A DNA stretch of 58,027 nt, from positions 62,001 through 120,027 of the IMG/VR virus record IMGVR_UViG_3300044612_002233; one strand, 5' to 3'. This document shows positions 49,254 to 58,027 of this stretch, piece by piece; positions within the stretch are counted from its first letter, which is position 1, and each line of letters begins with the position of its first letter. A model generated the notes under the pieces. It worked only from the letters and a program-made list of their open reading frames with translations, had not been told where the DNA came from and did not search any database. Source of the DNA: an uncultured virus (IMG/VR IMGVR_UViG_3300044612_002233) (taxonomy: Duplodnaviria > Heunggongvirae > Uroviricota > Caudoviricetes). The position numbers were made by a program, and so were the translations under genes.

Positions 49254-49389
49254 CCTTGTTCCTGGTTTGTTTTAACTTTAGAATTTCAGAATCCTTGTCC
49301 TTTAACTGCTGCTGTAAACGCTCTAGCAGTTTTTGCATATTATACATATCCACATATAATTTTCCTACTATACTGAATAGTTCATCCAT
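49246..49389 (-). CDS. Small coiled-coil protein, 47 aa (absent from the ORF track)
   Basis: MDELFSIVGKLYVDMYNMQKLLERLQQQLKDKDSEILKLKQTRNKDD, with an AGGA SD. Its stop overlaps the next start (ATGACTGA). Confidence 0.75.
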   Translation of the reverse strand: MDELFSIVGKLYVDMYNMQKLLERLQQQLKDKDSEILKLKQTRNKDD

Positions 49390-49444
49390 AGTTGTCCTAA
49401 GTCCTGTTCAATATCCCTTGTCTGCTTACAAATTTAACTAATTA

Positions 49445-50548
49445 TCAGTCACCAACATTGCTATCGGTACCATTATCTACCCAACTAGGATCAATGAATG
49501 ATCCGCTACCGGTCACAACAAGCTTATTAAAGGTTTGATAGCTATATGTAACAGTAGCGTTACCACCGCCAGTATCTCCACCGGCATAATTAACGCTTGT
49601 TAGCTTATTCTTACTACCAAGATCAATACCTAAATTATTAGCATCTCCACTACCGCAAATACGAATAAAAATCGTCTTATCTTGAAGATTCTTATACTCA
49701 GTAGCGCAACTTGATGTTTGATTGCTAAAGTCTAAAGCATTAACCATATCTCCACTAGCGGCGATAATCTGGAATTCACTAGTAACTTCAAGAGGGAATG
49801 TTACATAACGATAGTATGGGGCCATTGCTCCGAGTTCGAAAATTGCTTCACGACCAAGATTAGCACTAACAGTAACACTTTGGAGTCTTGGTTTTCCATT
49901 ACCAGGAGCAGGAATACCACCACCAGCGCCTGTTGGAATAACACTATGAACAGCATTATACTTATAACGTCTAGCAACTGATGGAGCTGTCATTGTTCCG
50001 GCGGAAGTACCTGAATCAAAAGTACCATTAGAGTTTGGAGCTCCATGTAATCCACTATTCCATACTTTATTATTTCCAACAAGAGTAATGTCTTCTGTAG
50101 CATTTCCTTCAACAGGAATAGTATAGCTAACGCTTGACAAATACATTCCACTGCAGTCAACGTAGTTACTTGGTGTTCCAGTAGCTGCTGCTAAATCGTC
50201 ACTATAAAGACCTAAACGAACATTAACTCTATTATTTGCTAAAGCAACAAGTTCTTTTCCACTAGCGAAAGTAGCAGCATTTTGTCCACACATACATAAT
50301 AGATATAGTGGGAATGTTCCGTCAATAATTTTACTCATTGTAACTTCAACTTCAGGAACATTTTCCATGTTATCGTAAAGTTCGATTTGACCTAATTGGA
50401 AAACTTGTTCTAGTGTGAAGTTTGTTGTGATACCTATGCTCTGTAAGCCTCTAGGATAGTACCAGTTAGAGGCGACTGCTGTTCCGTCTACGTTTTGTCC
50501 TTTAAGAGCAACACCTTGTGTGGCGTAAAAAATTCTGTTAAATGGCAT
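49445..50548 (-). CDS. Major tail (tube) protein-like, 367 aa
   Basis: Sits after the neck/terminator genes and has a GGAG SD. Beta-rich, with an internal duplication (GLQSIGITTNFTLEQVFQLGQ vs RLQSVTVSANLGREAIFELGA). Confidence 0.65.
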   Translation of the reverse strand: MPFNRIFYATQGVALKGQNVDGTAVASNWYYPRGLQSIGITTNFTLEQVFQLGQIELYDNMENVPEVEVTMSKIIDGTFPLYLLCMCGQNAATFASGKELVALANNRVNVRLGLYSDDLAAATGTPSNYVDCSGMYLSSVSYTIPVEGNATEDITLVGNNKVWNSGLHGAPNSNGTFDSGTSAGTMTAPSVARRYKYNAVHSVIPTGAGGGIPAPGNGKPRLQSVTVSANLGREAIFELGAMAPYYRYVTFPLEVTSEFQIIAASGDMVNALDFSNQTSSCATEYKNLQDKTIFIRICGSGDANNLGIDLGSKNKLTSVNYAGGDTGGGNATVTYSYQTFNKLVVTGSGSFIDPSWVDNGTDSNVGD

Positions 50549-50585
50549 GTGTATTCTCCGAATAAGGGGTGTTTTGATTTATATG

Positions 50586-50596
50586 TAATATACACC
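50586..50596 (-). promoter_or_regulatory. Putative late promoter GGTGTATATTA
   Basis: Intergenic, ~40 nt upstream of the tube gene. Confidence 0.5.
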
Positions 50597-50599
50597 AAG

Positions 50600-51535
50600 T
50601 CATGGAAAAATTTCTATCGACCATCTGATAAGACCATTATATAAGTTGCTGCTCAAAGTATTCATTTCGCCAAGACTGCTACTTTTAATATTACACCAAT
50701 ACTGCCTAAAATTAGCTACCAATCCAGGATAATTTTGTCCATTTCGATTAATACTTCCTTCCGAAGTTAATGAATAAACTTGGTTTTTGGCTACTTTATC
50801 AGAGTCATATAGAAATAAGACTTTATCTTTTTGAGCTAATAATATATCTATTAATACATTTCTTTGAGTTGCAGTTGGAGAAAAAATATGAAGAAAAACA
50901 TCCTGAGTCCAAACATTTTGGGTGGTTCCTAATTGAAAAGGAGTTAGTTCTGTTCTTGGCGCAAGCTCTATAATAACTGCTGGCAATTGTACTCTATGAA
51001 TAGAGGTGATAGCATAATCTCCATTCGACTTATAATTAGCCGGATTATACGTTTCTTTTTGAACCTCTTTCCACCATAATGAATCAGTAGATTTATAGGT
51101 TTGAACATATCTGTATGAATATCCAGCAGTAACAGAGCTAGTGGCAGAAACAGCATTAGTAAATTTAATTTGACCTAATGGATAATTTACAGAATATGTA
51201 TAACTACCACTTCCTGATGGTGCAGGAAGAAAAGCGTTGTTTAGATATACTCCAGAAAATAATGATGGAGAAACTCCACTATATACTATTCCTGATTCGT
51301 AAACCCAGTCTTTTCTTGGAGCCTGCCATAATCTATTTCCTGCAACAGTAGGGTCAGTTGACAACTTTAATGTTTGAAAACCAACTGTTCCTGTTATAGC
51401 CACTGTTGGGGTTGATACATTTATAAATCCTCCAATATTTAAAAATGACCAATCTAGAAAACTCTTTAGGTTATCTTCTAAATTTGATATCTTATCTTTA
51501 TATGTTATTGAGCCAACATTATGAAATTGTGTCAT
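50600..51535 (-). CDS. Putative tail terminator/completion protein
   Basis: Directly upstream of the tube gene. RVQLPAVIIE...FQLG...DVFLHIFS....RN.L.D is a terminator-like pattern. Confidence 0.5.
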   Translation of the reverse strand: MTQFHNVGSITYKDKISNLEDNLKSFLDWSFLNIGGFINVSTPTVAITGTVGFQTLKLSTDPTVAGNRLWQAPRKDWVYESGIVYSGVSPSLFSGVYLNNAFLPAPSGSGSYTYSVNYPLGQIKFTNAVSATSSVTAGYSYRYVQTYKSTDSLWWKEVQKETYNPANYKSNGDYAITSIHRVQLPAVIIELAPRTELTPFQLGTTQNVWTQDVFLHIFSPTATQRNVLIDILLAQKDKVLFLYDSDKVAKNQVYSLTSEGSINRNGQNYPGLVANFRQYWCNIKSSSLGEMNTLSSNLYNGLIRWSIEIFP

Positions 51536-52173
51536 AGATTTTTTTCTATATTCTCTTGAATAATTTTATAGACACTATCTTCTACACTATTTATGGCTCT
51601 GGTTGTCCAATTATCATTTTCTGTTCCTGCAAACTGTGGAGGAACTCTCCAAGAACTTGACGATGGAATCATAATGGCCATTCCTGATCTTGAATATGGA
51701 GATGGAAAATATGATACCTCATAGTTTTTAACTAATATTTCATTACCTTTTAATAATAGCCATTCTAGCCATGGTAAAGAATATCCGCTAGCATCTTTTA
51801 CAGATGCTATGTCAGCATATATAACTCCATTTAGATCATCAGATTTCATCATTGTAAGCACGAATCCGCCAGACAAACCTTTATTTGTAACTGTTATAGC
51901 ATTTCTTTGAACAGATAATGTCTCTATAAGAGCATCTATTACGGAATTGATCGAGGTAGCGTCGGCTATGCCTAATTCAGCCTTTAGTGTTCCTGTCATT
52001 AAAGAAGAATATTCTGGTTGATTTCTTAATGACTCACTAACAAGAATTTTGATTTGTGATGAAATTGTTGGAAGAGCTTTATTGATCGCTTTATCTAGAA
52101 TAATCTTTAATTCATCCATGATTAGTTTAGCTATTTGATTATCAGTTTCTAATAATCGTAAAGAAAATTTCAT
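51532..52173 (-). CDS. Putative neck/tail completion protein
   Basis: ATGA-coupled within the neck cluster. C-terminal WRVPPQFAGTENDNWTTRAI. Confidence 0.45.
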   Translation of the reverse strand: MKFSLRLLETDNQIAKLIMDELKIILDKAINKALPTISSQIKILVSESLRNQPEYSSLMTGTLKAELGIADATSINSVIDALIETLSVQRNAITVTNKGLSGGFVLTMMKSDDLNGVIYADIASVKDASGYSLPWLEWLLLKGNEILVKNYEVSYFPSPYSRSGMAIMIPSSSSWRVPPQFAGTENDNWTTRAINSVEDSVYKIIQENIEKNL

Positions 52174-52703
52174 TTACGCTTCCACATAGTTATAATATAT
52201 GAATTATTACCAAGTCCTGCTGGTTCTGGATCTCCAGCTCTTTCATAGGTATAATTACCATACTTGCTAATCTTAGAATCTATAATAATTTCAGAGGCAT
52301 TTCTAATTTTTGGTAAAAGCTCAACTTTACATATTGTTTGAACCATCCCATCTGGAATATTAACAGTTTTTGAAGACCAATTCATCCAGTACTTGCTATC
52401 AAATATGCAAGCCAAATATACTGTTTCGCTTGAGGATGATGATGTTGTCATGCCCATACCCATGCAAGAAGGACATATTGAACCTTCTGGAAATGGATTA
52501 GGGCCCCTATTATTATATTTATTTGAAGACAATCCAGAGATAGTATCAAAAATACAGTTATTACAATAAACAGCATTTCCCGCACCAGAGTATTTAAAAG
52601 TACAAGGAACAGTCAATGCTGTGGTTTCCAACAAAGAGTCTATGGCATCTTTATATAGTTGTTTAAATTCTGAATTTATTAAATTAGAAAAAGGATTTGT
52701 CAT
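52170..52703 (-). CDS. Putative head-closure/adaptor protein with CxxC...CxxC
   Basis: YCNNC...CPSCMGMG followed by a beta-rich C-terminus. Located in the neck cluster. Confidence 0.5.
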   Translation of the reverse strand: MTNPFSNLINSEFKQLYKDAIDSLLETTALTVPCTFKYSGAGNAVYCNNCIFDTISGLSSNKYNNRGPNPFPEGSICPSCMGMGMTTSSSSSETVYLACIFDSKYWMNWSSKTVNIPDGMVQTICKVELLPKIRNASEIIIDSKISKYGNYTYERAGDPEPAGLGNNSYIITMWKRK

Positions 52704-52897
52704 TTTGATATATAAACCATATTTGTAGCACTATTCTGGAGATCAACTGACGTTTTAGTTAAATTTTGACTATACCTTAAAATAATTTTAGAAATACTAA
52801 TAGTATTTGTAATAAAATCATTCATAGAGATTGATAGTGTTGACTGTTCAATATTAACAGATCCAATAGTGTTATAGTTTTCTTTAACAATATTCAT
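52700..52897 (-). CDS. Hypothetical protein, 65 aa
   Basis: Overlap-coupled on both sides (TAATG and ATGA). Confidence 0.55.
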   Translation of the reverse strand: MNIVKENYNTIGSVNIEQSTLSISMNDFITNTISISKIILRYSQNLTKTSVDLQNSATNMVYISK

Positions 52898-53139
52898 TAT
52901 GGATTATTTGTTGGTGGGGCTTTAGCTTCTCCAGGAACTCCAGGAGCAGCAGGAGCATAAGGAGCATCTTGATCAACTATAGCCTGAATGCATAGTTGTG
53001 CCCATAATTCTGCTTCTGTTGCAGAACCCCAGGGTGTTGAATCTGGCCAATCTGGTTGATATACAATTGGCTCAGTTCTTCCTTCAGTAAAAATATTAAC
53101 TGCAAAACTATTAGGATCTACTGTGTAAGTTAAATTCAT
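52897..53139 (-). CDS. Small protein, possibly a fibre assembly chaperone, 80 aa
   Basis: AGGAG SD, QPDWPDSTPWGSATEAELWA motif, and position after the propeller gene. Confidence 0.5.
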   Translation of the reverse strand: MNLTYTVDPNSFAVNIFTEGRTEPIVYQPDWPDSTPWGSATEAELWAQLCIQAIVDQDAPYAPAAPGVPGEAKAPPTNNP

Positions 53140-53171
53140 AAAATCATCTCCTATACTTAAAATTAAAAATA

Positions 53172-54497
53172 TTATGTAATACTATACCAATTATCGGCAG
53201 TTATTGATCTTTGTGTCCAAGTTATTCCATTTGATGATGTTGCTACTATACTACCATTACCAATAGCGATAAAGGTGTTATTTATATATATTATACTGTT
53301 CCACTGATTAGCAAAAATATTTTGATTAGACCAACTAGATGTGTCACTAGATAATGTTACGGCAGATGAGCTATTGGCTATAGCAACATAAACTCCATTT
53401 CCATAGGCCACTGTTGTCCAATAATCGGTAGATGGTAATGTTCCAGAGGTCCAATTTATTCCGTCTGAACTAATTAGTGTAATATTTGTATTATAGCCAA
53501 CTATAACAAATCTACCGTCTCCGAATACTATGTCTTTCCATTCTCTTGATACCGGCAAAGATCTTTGAGTCCATGTAGTACCATTTGTTGATGTTGCTAT
53601 TATGGATGATGAGTCTGATATGGCAACAAAAATACTATTGCCATATGCTACAGATTTCCATGTTGCATTAGCTGGTAGATTTACTGCATTCCACGTTAAT
53701 CCGTCAGAGGATTTTGCAGCAATATGAGAGGCTGATAGAACAAGGAACATGTTGTTAGCATAGATTGCTTCTGTCCATTGATTGTTGGCATCGGCAATAT
53801 TAAAATTATTACTAGTCCATGTGATACCATGCGACGAATAATCATAGTCAGAGCTATTGTATGCACATGCTATAAATTTATTGTTGCCATAGGCAATACC
53901 TGTCCAATATCTAGAAGCTGTTAAATTATTAATATTCCATGTTGCTCCATTATTTGGAGAGGCTGCTGATCTGTTGCTATTAAAAGCCACCGCAACAGGA
54001 AAACCTCCAACAGGATATACAACCGGCATTGTTGGTTCTGGCGTTGGGGTTGGATCGGGTGTTGGACTTGGCTCAGGTGTTGCGTCAGGTGTTGGTGTGA
54101 GCGTTTGAGTAATTGATGGAGTAGGAGTGACGTAAGGAGTCACAGAAATTGTTGGCGTTAACGAAACTGTTGGCGTTACTGTTTGAGTTACTGAAATTGT
54201 TGGGGTCTTTGTTGGGCTTATGCTGATTGTGGGAGTAACGGTCCTTGTTTGTGTTGGGGTTTTTGTTACTGTGCGAGTTGGTGTTCTTGTTACTCCGGGG
54301 AGAGCTGCTCCTGGCCCAAGCTTATAATAAGCAGGATCGTCAAACTTTTCATCATATGTATCTATATCAGACGGATTGACCGGATCAGCATCTTTGGAAC
54401 TATCATAGTAGTTCATGGCTTGTCCACCAGTATTTACAGTACTAGAACCATTACTTATTGGTCTGTCTTCTCTCGCTTTTGAAATATCTGTCATCAA
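53172..54497 (-). CDS. Thr-Pro stalk plus beta-propeller appendage protein
   Basis: TPT and TPEP repeats at ~54030-54295, then ~6 WxxxAYGNxxF...SxxGxTW blades. Confidence 0.75.
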   Translation of the reverse strand: MMTDISKAREDRPISNGSSTVNTGGQAMNYYDSSKDADPVNPSDIDTYDEKFDDPAYYKLGPGAALPGVTRTPTRTVTKTPTQTRTVTPTISISPTKTPTISVTQTVTPTVSLTPTISVTPYVTPTPSITQTLTPTPDATPEPSPTPDPTPTPEPTMPVVYPVGGFPVAVAFNSNRSAASPNNGATWNINNLTASRYWTGIAYGNNKFIACAYNSSDYDYSSHGITWTSNNFNIADANNQWTEAIYANNMFLVLSASHIAAKSSDGLTWNAVNLPANATWKSVAYGNSIFVAISDSSSIIATSTNGTTWTQRSLPVSREWKDIVFGDGRFVIVGYNTNITLISSDGINWTSGTLPSTDYWTTVAYGNGVYVAIANSSSAVTLSSDTSSWSNQNIFANQWNSIIYINNTFIAIGNGSIVATSSNGITWTQRSITADNWYSIT

Positions 54498-54518
54498 TAT
54501 ATCCTTTATTTTATAAGA

Positions 54519-55508
54519 TTATGGTTTGTATGTTAGTACAAGTTTCCAGCCAGCTATTGATCCAGAAATTGTGGGGTCGGTATCTTTCACTATAAGATTC
54601 CAAACTCCCGTTACGCTATTTCCAAATAAATGATCAAAGCCATATGCTAAAGTTTCATTTGAGTATTTGATAGAGTTTATTTTTTGACTATTGTTATATA
54701 TATTACATAGATTGCCATTGGATACATTATGCAAATACGATGTTGGTAATGCTTTATTAGAAAACATAAAACTAAAATTATTACTATTATTAGATATTTT
54801 ATGATTACCAGCTAAGAGTATCTTGTTTCCAGAAGGAGGAGCTAGAAGAAGTTGTAAATCTTGTGGAGATGAATGGTTTAGATTATTTATAACCAGTTCC
54901 ACATTTTCTATTTGTCTAGTATCTGTTGTAGAAACTGATCCAGTAACAGCGGATAGGTCTGGTATTTGTAGTGACGATCCTTCATATACTTTAGAATAAA
55001 TATCAACATCTAAACAGTCTGTTTTTAAGCAAAGATCCTCAACGTCTGGTAGAGGTGTGGCTGTTGGAGTTGGTGTTCCTCCGCCTGTGTTGCCGCCTTC
55101 TGTACCACCTGTTCCTGGGTTTGTTTGTTGTACTTGACAATTTGGAAATGGTGTTTGTCTTTTTAGTATAGTTACAGAACCAGATACTAGTCTAGTAATC
55201 TTAGTTCCTTGTATAACATCTAAATCATATACTGCATTATCAAATGAATATAGTTTAGTTAATGAATTATCAAGCTTTAATGTAATAAGACCTTTATCAG
55301 AAGCAACAAAAGAATAATTAGGGGCTTGAATTGTTGTTGAAAAAGACGTGGTTGCACTAACACCAGAATTTGGTATCATTTGCAGAACAACACAAGCTCC
55401 TTGATTACTACTTAAATCAACAGGACTACCATTCTCATTATTGTATTGAAAATTAATTTCAAAGTCAGTACCCTGTTCAATTATAAAGTTATAGTTTACT
55501 GCTGGCAT
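54519..55508 (-). CDS. Virion protein with an N-terminal Ig-like adaptor and a C-terminal proprotein-convertase P-domain-like module
   Basis: YNFIIEQGTDF...YDLDV...RLVSGSVTI at the N-terminus. VELVINNLNHSSPQDLQLLLAPPSG...FGNSVTGVWNLIVKD...GSIAGWKLVL at the C-terminus. Confidence 0.75.
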   Translation of the reverse strand: MPAVNYNFIIEQGTDFEINFQYNNENGSPVDLSSNQGACVVLQMIPNSGVSATTSFSTTIQAPNYSFVASDKGLITLKLDNSLTKLYSFDNAVYDLDVIQGTKITRLVSGSVTILKRQTPFPNCQVQQTNPGTGGTEGGNTGGGTPTPTATPLPDVEDLCLKTDCLDVDIYSKVYEGSSLQIPDLSAVTGSVSTTDTRQIENVELVINNLNHSSPQDLQLLLAPPSGNKILLAGNHKISNNSNNFSFMFSNKALPTSYLHNVSNGNLCNIYNNSQKINSIKYSNETLAYGFDHLFGNSVTGVWNLIVKDTDPTISGSIAGWKLVLTYKP

Positions 55509-55520
55509 AAGATTTCCTTG

Positions 55521-56030
55521 TTAAAATAAATCTCTTCCTCTATTATCAGAGAATAGTGATCGTGGATCAAATTTATTACCAACAAACGGACCAAGAATTG
55601 CTCTAACAGCAGTAGCCTGACTAACATCCCAGTGAGAGGTTAATTCATCGTATGATGCACATGGTCCTTTTTCTAGTATCTTTATGAATCCTTCTAAACT
55701 TCCCTTAACAGTTAGTGTTGCTGATCCTAGTGATGCTCTTATTCCTTCTAAAGCGGCCTTTGTTCTTAGTGCGCTTTGGTCAACAATACATGCTGCTTTA
55801 AGAGACACTAAGCTAATAAAAATCTCATCATTATGATTAGTTGGATCAGGACTTATATTTCCTTCAACAACATCTACATTATAAGAATAATCAAGAACAA
55901 CGTCAAATTGAACATATTTAGCAGCAACTGCTATTATTTGTTTTAGCCTTTCATCACTATATGATGGTTGATCACTTAAATCATTAATGAGTGTTCTTAC
56001 GATGATTGGTATTTCTATATCCCAAGACAT
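55521..56030 (-). CDS. Putative head-tail connector (head completion) protein
   Basis: VRTLINDL...YSDERLKQII is a connector-like N-terminus. First gene of the neck cluster. Confidence 0.6.
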   Translation of the reverse strand: MSWDIEIPIIVRTLINDLSDQPSYSDERLKQIIAVAAKYVQFDVVLDYSYNVDVVEGNISPDPTNHNDEIFISLVSLKAACIVDQSALRTKAALEGIRASLGSATLTVKGSLEGFIKILEKGPCASYDELTSHWDVSQATAVRAILGPFVGNKFDPRSLFSDNRGRDLF

Positions 56031-56079
56031 AATATGGCCTTTTTAAAAAATGAAATCTTAAGTACTTATAGGCATTATC

Positions 56080-56090
56080 TATTTATACAC
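56080..56090 (-). promoter_or_regulatory. Putative late promoter GTGTATAAATA
   Basis: Intergenic, contains TATAAATA, and shares the GTGTA core with three other intergenic sites. Confidence 0.55.
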
Positions 56091-56093
56091 TTT

Positions 56094-56444
56094 TTAAACT
56101 GATCCTGAGGGATTTGGGAGCTGATCCTGAATAGTCACAGTACCATCTTCATTCATGGTGAATTGACCGATAACATCCCAGCCTTCTTGTATACTCTCTG
56201 GTTTTATACTATTAATTAATTGTCCTAGCGCATAGTGTAATTCAAATACCTCCCTAGCATCAGTTCCTAGAGCTTCTGCTATTTGAGTTGGAGTAGAGTG
56301 TGGATTGTTCCAAAAGTTTTTAGAACCCATATTAAAAGCATTGGTCATCATTTGAAAAGTTTGTCTGGTAGTGCCTTTAATATTATTGGCTACTCTAACA
56401 GCTCTATCAACTGGATTTTGTGAATTATTATCTAAAATACTCAT
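56094..56444 (-). CDS. Hypothetical protein, 116 aa
   Basis: GGAG SD, co-oriented. Confidence 0.65.
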   Translation of the reverse strand: MSILDNNSQNPVDRAVRVANNIKGTTRQTFQMMTNAFNMGSKNFWNNPHSTPTQIAEALGTDAREVFELHYALGQLINSIKPESIQEGWDVIGQFTMNEDGTVTIQDQLPNPSGSV

Positions 56445-56617
56445 ATTATTTCTCCATTATTTAGATTTGATAAATAACTTTCAACTAATTCATTAACTTC
56501 TTCTTGTGTTGGATAGTGGTCAAATTTGAAGAACTGGGTTGAGTTTTCGTCAATTTTTATTCTAAAACGATATCTGTCTGATGACTCGGAAAATATTTCA
56601 ATTATTTCGTAATTCAT
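56441..56617 (-). CDS. Hypothetical protein, 58 aa (absent from the ORF track)
   Basis: MNYEIIEIFSESSDRYRFRIKIDENSTQFFKFDHYPTQEEVNELVESYLSNLNNGEII, with an AAGGA SD and an ATGA overlap with the next gene. Confidence 0.72.
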   Translation of the reverse strand: MNYEIIEIFSESSDRYRFRIKIDENSTQFFKFDHYPTQEEVNELVESYLSNLNNGEII

Positions 56618-56626
56618 TTTTTTTCC

Positions 56627-58027
56627 TTATATTTGTACTATAGTAAGATCGTCTATATATCCGGTAAATGTTGATCCGCCCCAACACTCTGCAAGTATAT
56701 CCACAGCACCAGCTTCTGTTGGAGTAAAGTTAAGAGTAATTTGTTGCCATGTGTCAGCAGCTGCTGTCATATAACTCGTAATATCATTGTCTACACCAGC
56801 TATTTGTCTACCTTTAATTCTTAGTCCCATAGTTAAAGATAAACTGGTCCTTCTTACCCATGCCTTAATAGTTACCTGAGCATTTGCGCTAACCGCAATT
56901 GTAGCAATTTTTAAATCTAATGGATAATTAGAGTTTCTAAAAAGAGAATTAGTTGGAGCTAAACTCCAAGCATATCCATTATTAGAATATCTTACACTAG
57001 TTTGAGGTCTTATAACACCATAATCAGTCGCAATAATATAATTTCCACTAGTATTATCATGATTAATAGAGGATATTCTACTATTACAAGTTCCATAATT
57101 GCCAAACTCTACTGGCTCATTGATAATACAATTGTATAGATACATATCTCCACCAAAACTGAAAAAACCATTTCCTCCAGTATGACCAGAAGTTACACAA
57201 TTATAATATCTATCATTTTTACAACCGTATGTTCTTACTCCGTCTGTAGCATTATTGAAAAAATTACCACTAGTATATATACTATCTGTTCCATTATCAA
57301 CAAATAAACCCAAAGTATTATTTGCAGATAATATATAGTTAAATTTATTATTAGCTCCGCCACCCCTAGTAACTAATAATCCCTGAGATAAACTGCCAAT
57401 ACTGATAACTTTATTAAATATATTAGATCCTGCTCCAAAATCACTTACAAAATTAGTAGAGCCATTACAACAGCTTTTTAAAGTACCATAATTATTACTA
57501 AAGTGTGCAAAAAAATCAAAACCCGCACTTGTGCAGCAGATGGTCTCAATATTATCTATGTTACCAAAGGCTGAAGTGTGCCTAAAAGCACGGTCAAATC
57601 TGACTAAACCCAAATTACTAATATTTAAATAGTTATATCCTTGTGTAAAAAATCCATATCCTAAGCCATTCGTTCCATCAATATAGGTTTGAGAATCTCT
57701 GGTACTCATATTGGTTCTATCATAACCAAATTCCCAGGACATAGGATTGCCAACAGCGCCAGCCTCCTGAGGAGATTGATTGACTGAAGCAGCAACACTG
57801 GTCATAGGAACTTTTATAGTTTCTCTTTTATAGGTTAATACATTCTCAGTTACTCCATAATATCCTCCTCTATTAGAGCTTGTAGAGCCAAGAAAATTTG
57901 TATTTGCGACGTTTCCTTGTCCGAGCATAACTCTTGTGCCATTGATACTCATTATGGGATACCAGCATTCATCTCCTGTATTTTTACTAATTAAAGATTG
58001 CAAAGTTAAGCTGTCTGGTTCCGAAGG
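56627..58027 (-). CDS. Partial tailspike-like right-handed beta-helix protein with a C-terminal beta-sandwich (5' end outside the window)
   Basis: The frame stays open beyond 58003 to the edge (PSEPDSLTLQ). It has ~22-24-aa Asn/Gly/Cys-rich coils and a C-terminal WQQITLNFTPTEAGAVDI...YIDDLTI carbohydrate-binding-like module. Confidence 0.65.
   Translation of the reverse strand, partial: PSEPDSLTLQSLISKNTGDECWYPIMSINGTRVMLGQGNVANTNFLGSTSSNRGGYYGVTENVLTYKRETIKVPMTSVAASVNQSPQEAGAVGNPMSWEFGYDRTNMSTRDSQTYIDGTNGLGYGFFTQGYNYLNISNLGLVRFDRAFRHTSAFGNIDNIETICCTSAGFDFFAHFSNNYGTLKSCCNGSTNFVSDFGAGSNIFNKVISIGSLSQGLLVTRGGGANNKFNYILSANNTLGLFVDNGTDSIYTSGNFFNNATDGVRTYGCKNDRYYNCVTSGHTGGNGFFSFGGDMYLYNCIINEPVEFGNYGTCNSRISSINHDNTSGNYIIATDYGVIRPQTSVRYSNNGYAWSLAPTNSLFRNSNYPLDLKIATIAVSANAQVTIKAWVRRTSLSLTMGLRIKGRQIAGVDNDITSYMTAAADTWQQITLNFTPTEAGAVDILAECWGGSTFTGYIDDLTIVQI

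Noticed and set aside
262..54482. Other short plus-strand and nested alternate-frame ORFs in the track
   Set aside because: They overlap coherent minus-strand genes or the terminator, have shadow-like composition and show no recognisable motifs.
1..58027. CRISPR array, tRNA/rRNA, integrase/transposase, or stop-codon recoding
   Set aside because: Intergenic gaps are mostly under ~100 nt with no repeat-spacer or cloverleaf pattern noticed. Genes tile densely under the standard code, and TAA, TAG and TGA all serve as stops.

Overview
A low-GC window holding one co-oriented, minus-strand virion morphogenesis region of a large tailed dsDNA phage. In transcription order (right to left) it encodes: a truncated beta-helix tailspike-like gene; head-tail connector, neck and terminator-like genes, interrupted by putative appendage genes; a tail tube-like gene; chaperone-like genes; an intrinsic terminator; a giant 5882-aa tape measure protein (TMP); a ~20 kb cluster of modular adhesin/fibre genes; and large tail-tip/baseplate-like genes. 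The fibre genes use circularly permuted FGE/C-type-lectin domains, a Cys-rich 'NWP' repeat family, FN3, Ig, Thr-Pro stalks and beta-propellers. No sheath gene was recognised. The most striking feature is the TMP. Four copies of a DTVPA[ML]LxPGEFV motif bracket two cargo bays, and [FYL]xxGG linkers separate the cassettes of the first bay. Motifs there suggest a thermonuclease, a P-loop kinase, an HxGH nucleotidyltransferase, a PD-(D/E)xK nuclease and two different ADP-ribosyltransferases. The second bay holds a J-domain and unassigned regions. This suggests an injected, modular effector polyprotein. All domain calls come from reading motifs by eye, not from database searches, and sub-gene coordinates are approximate.
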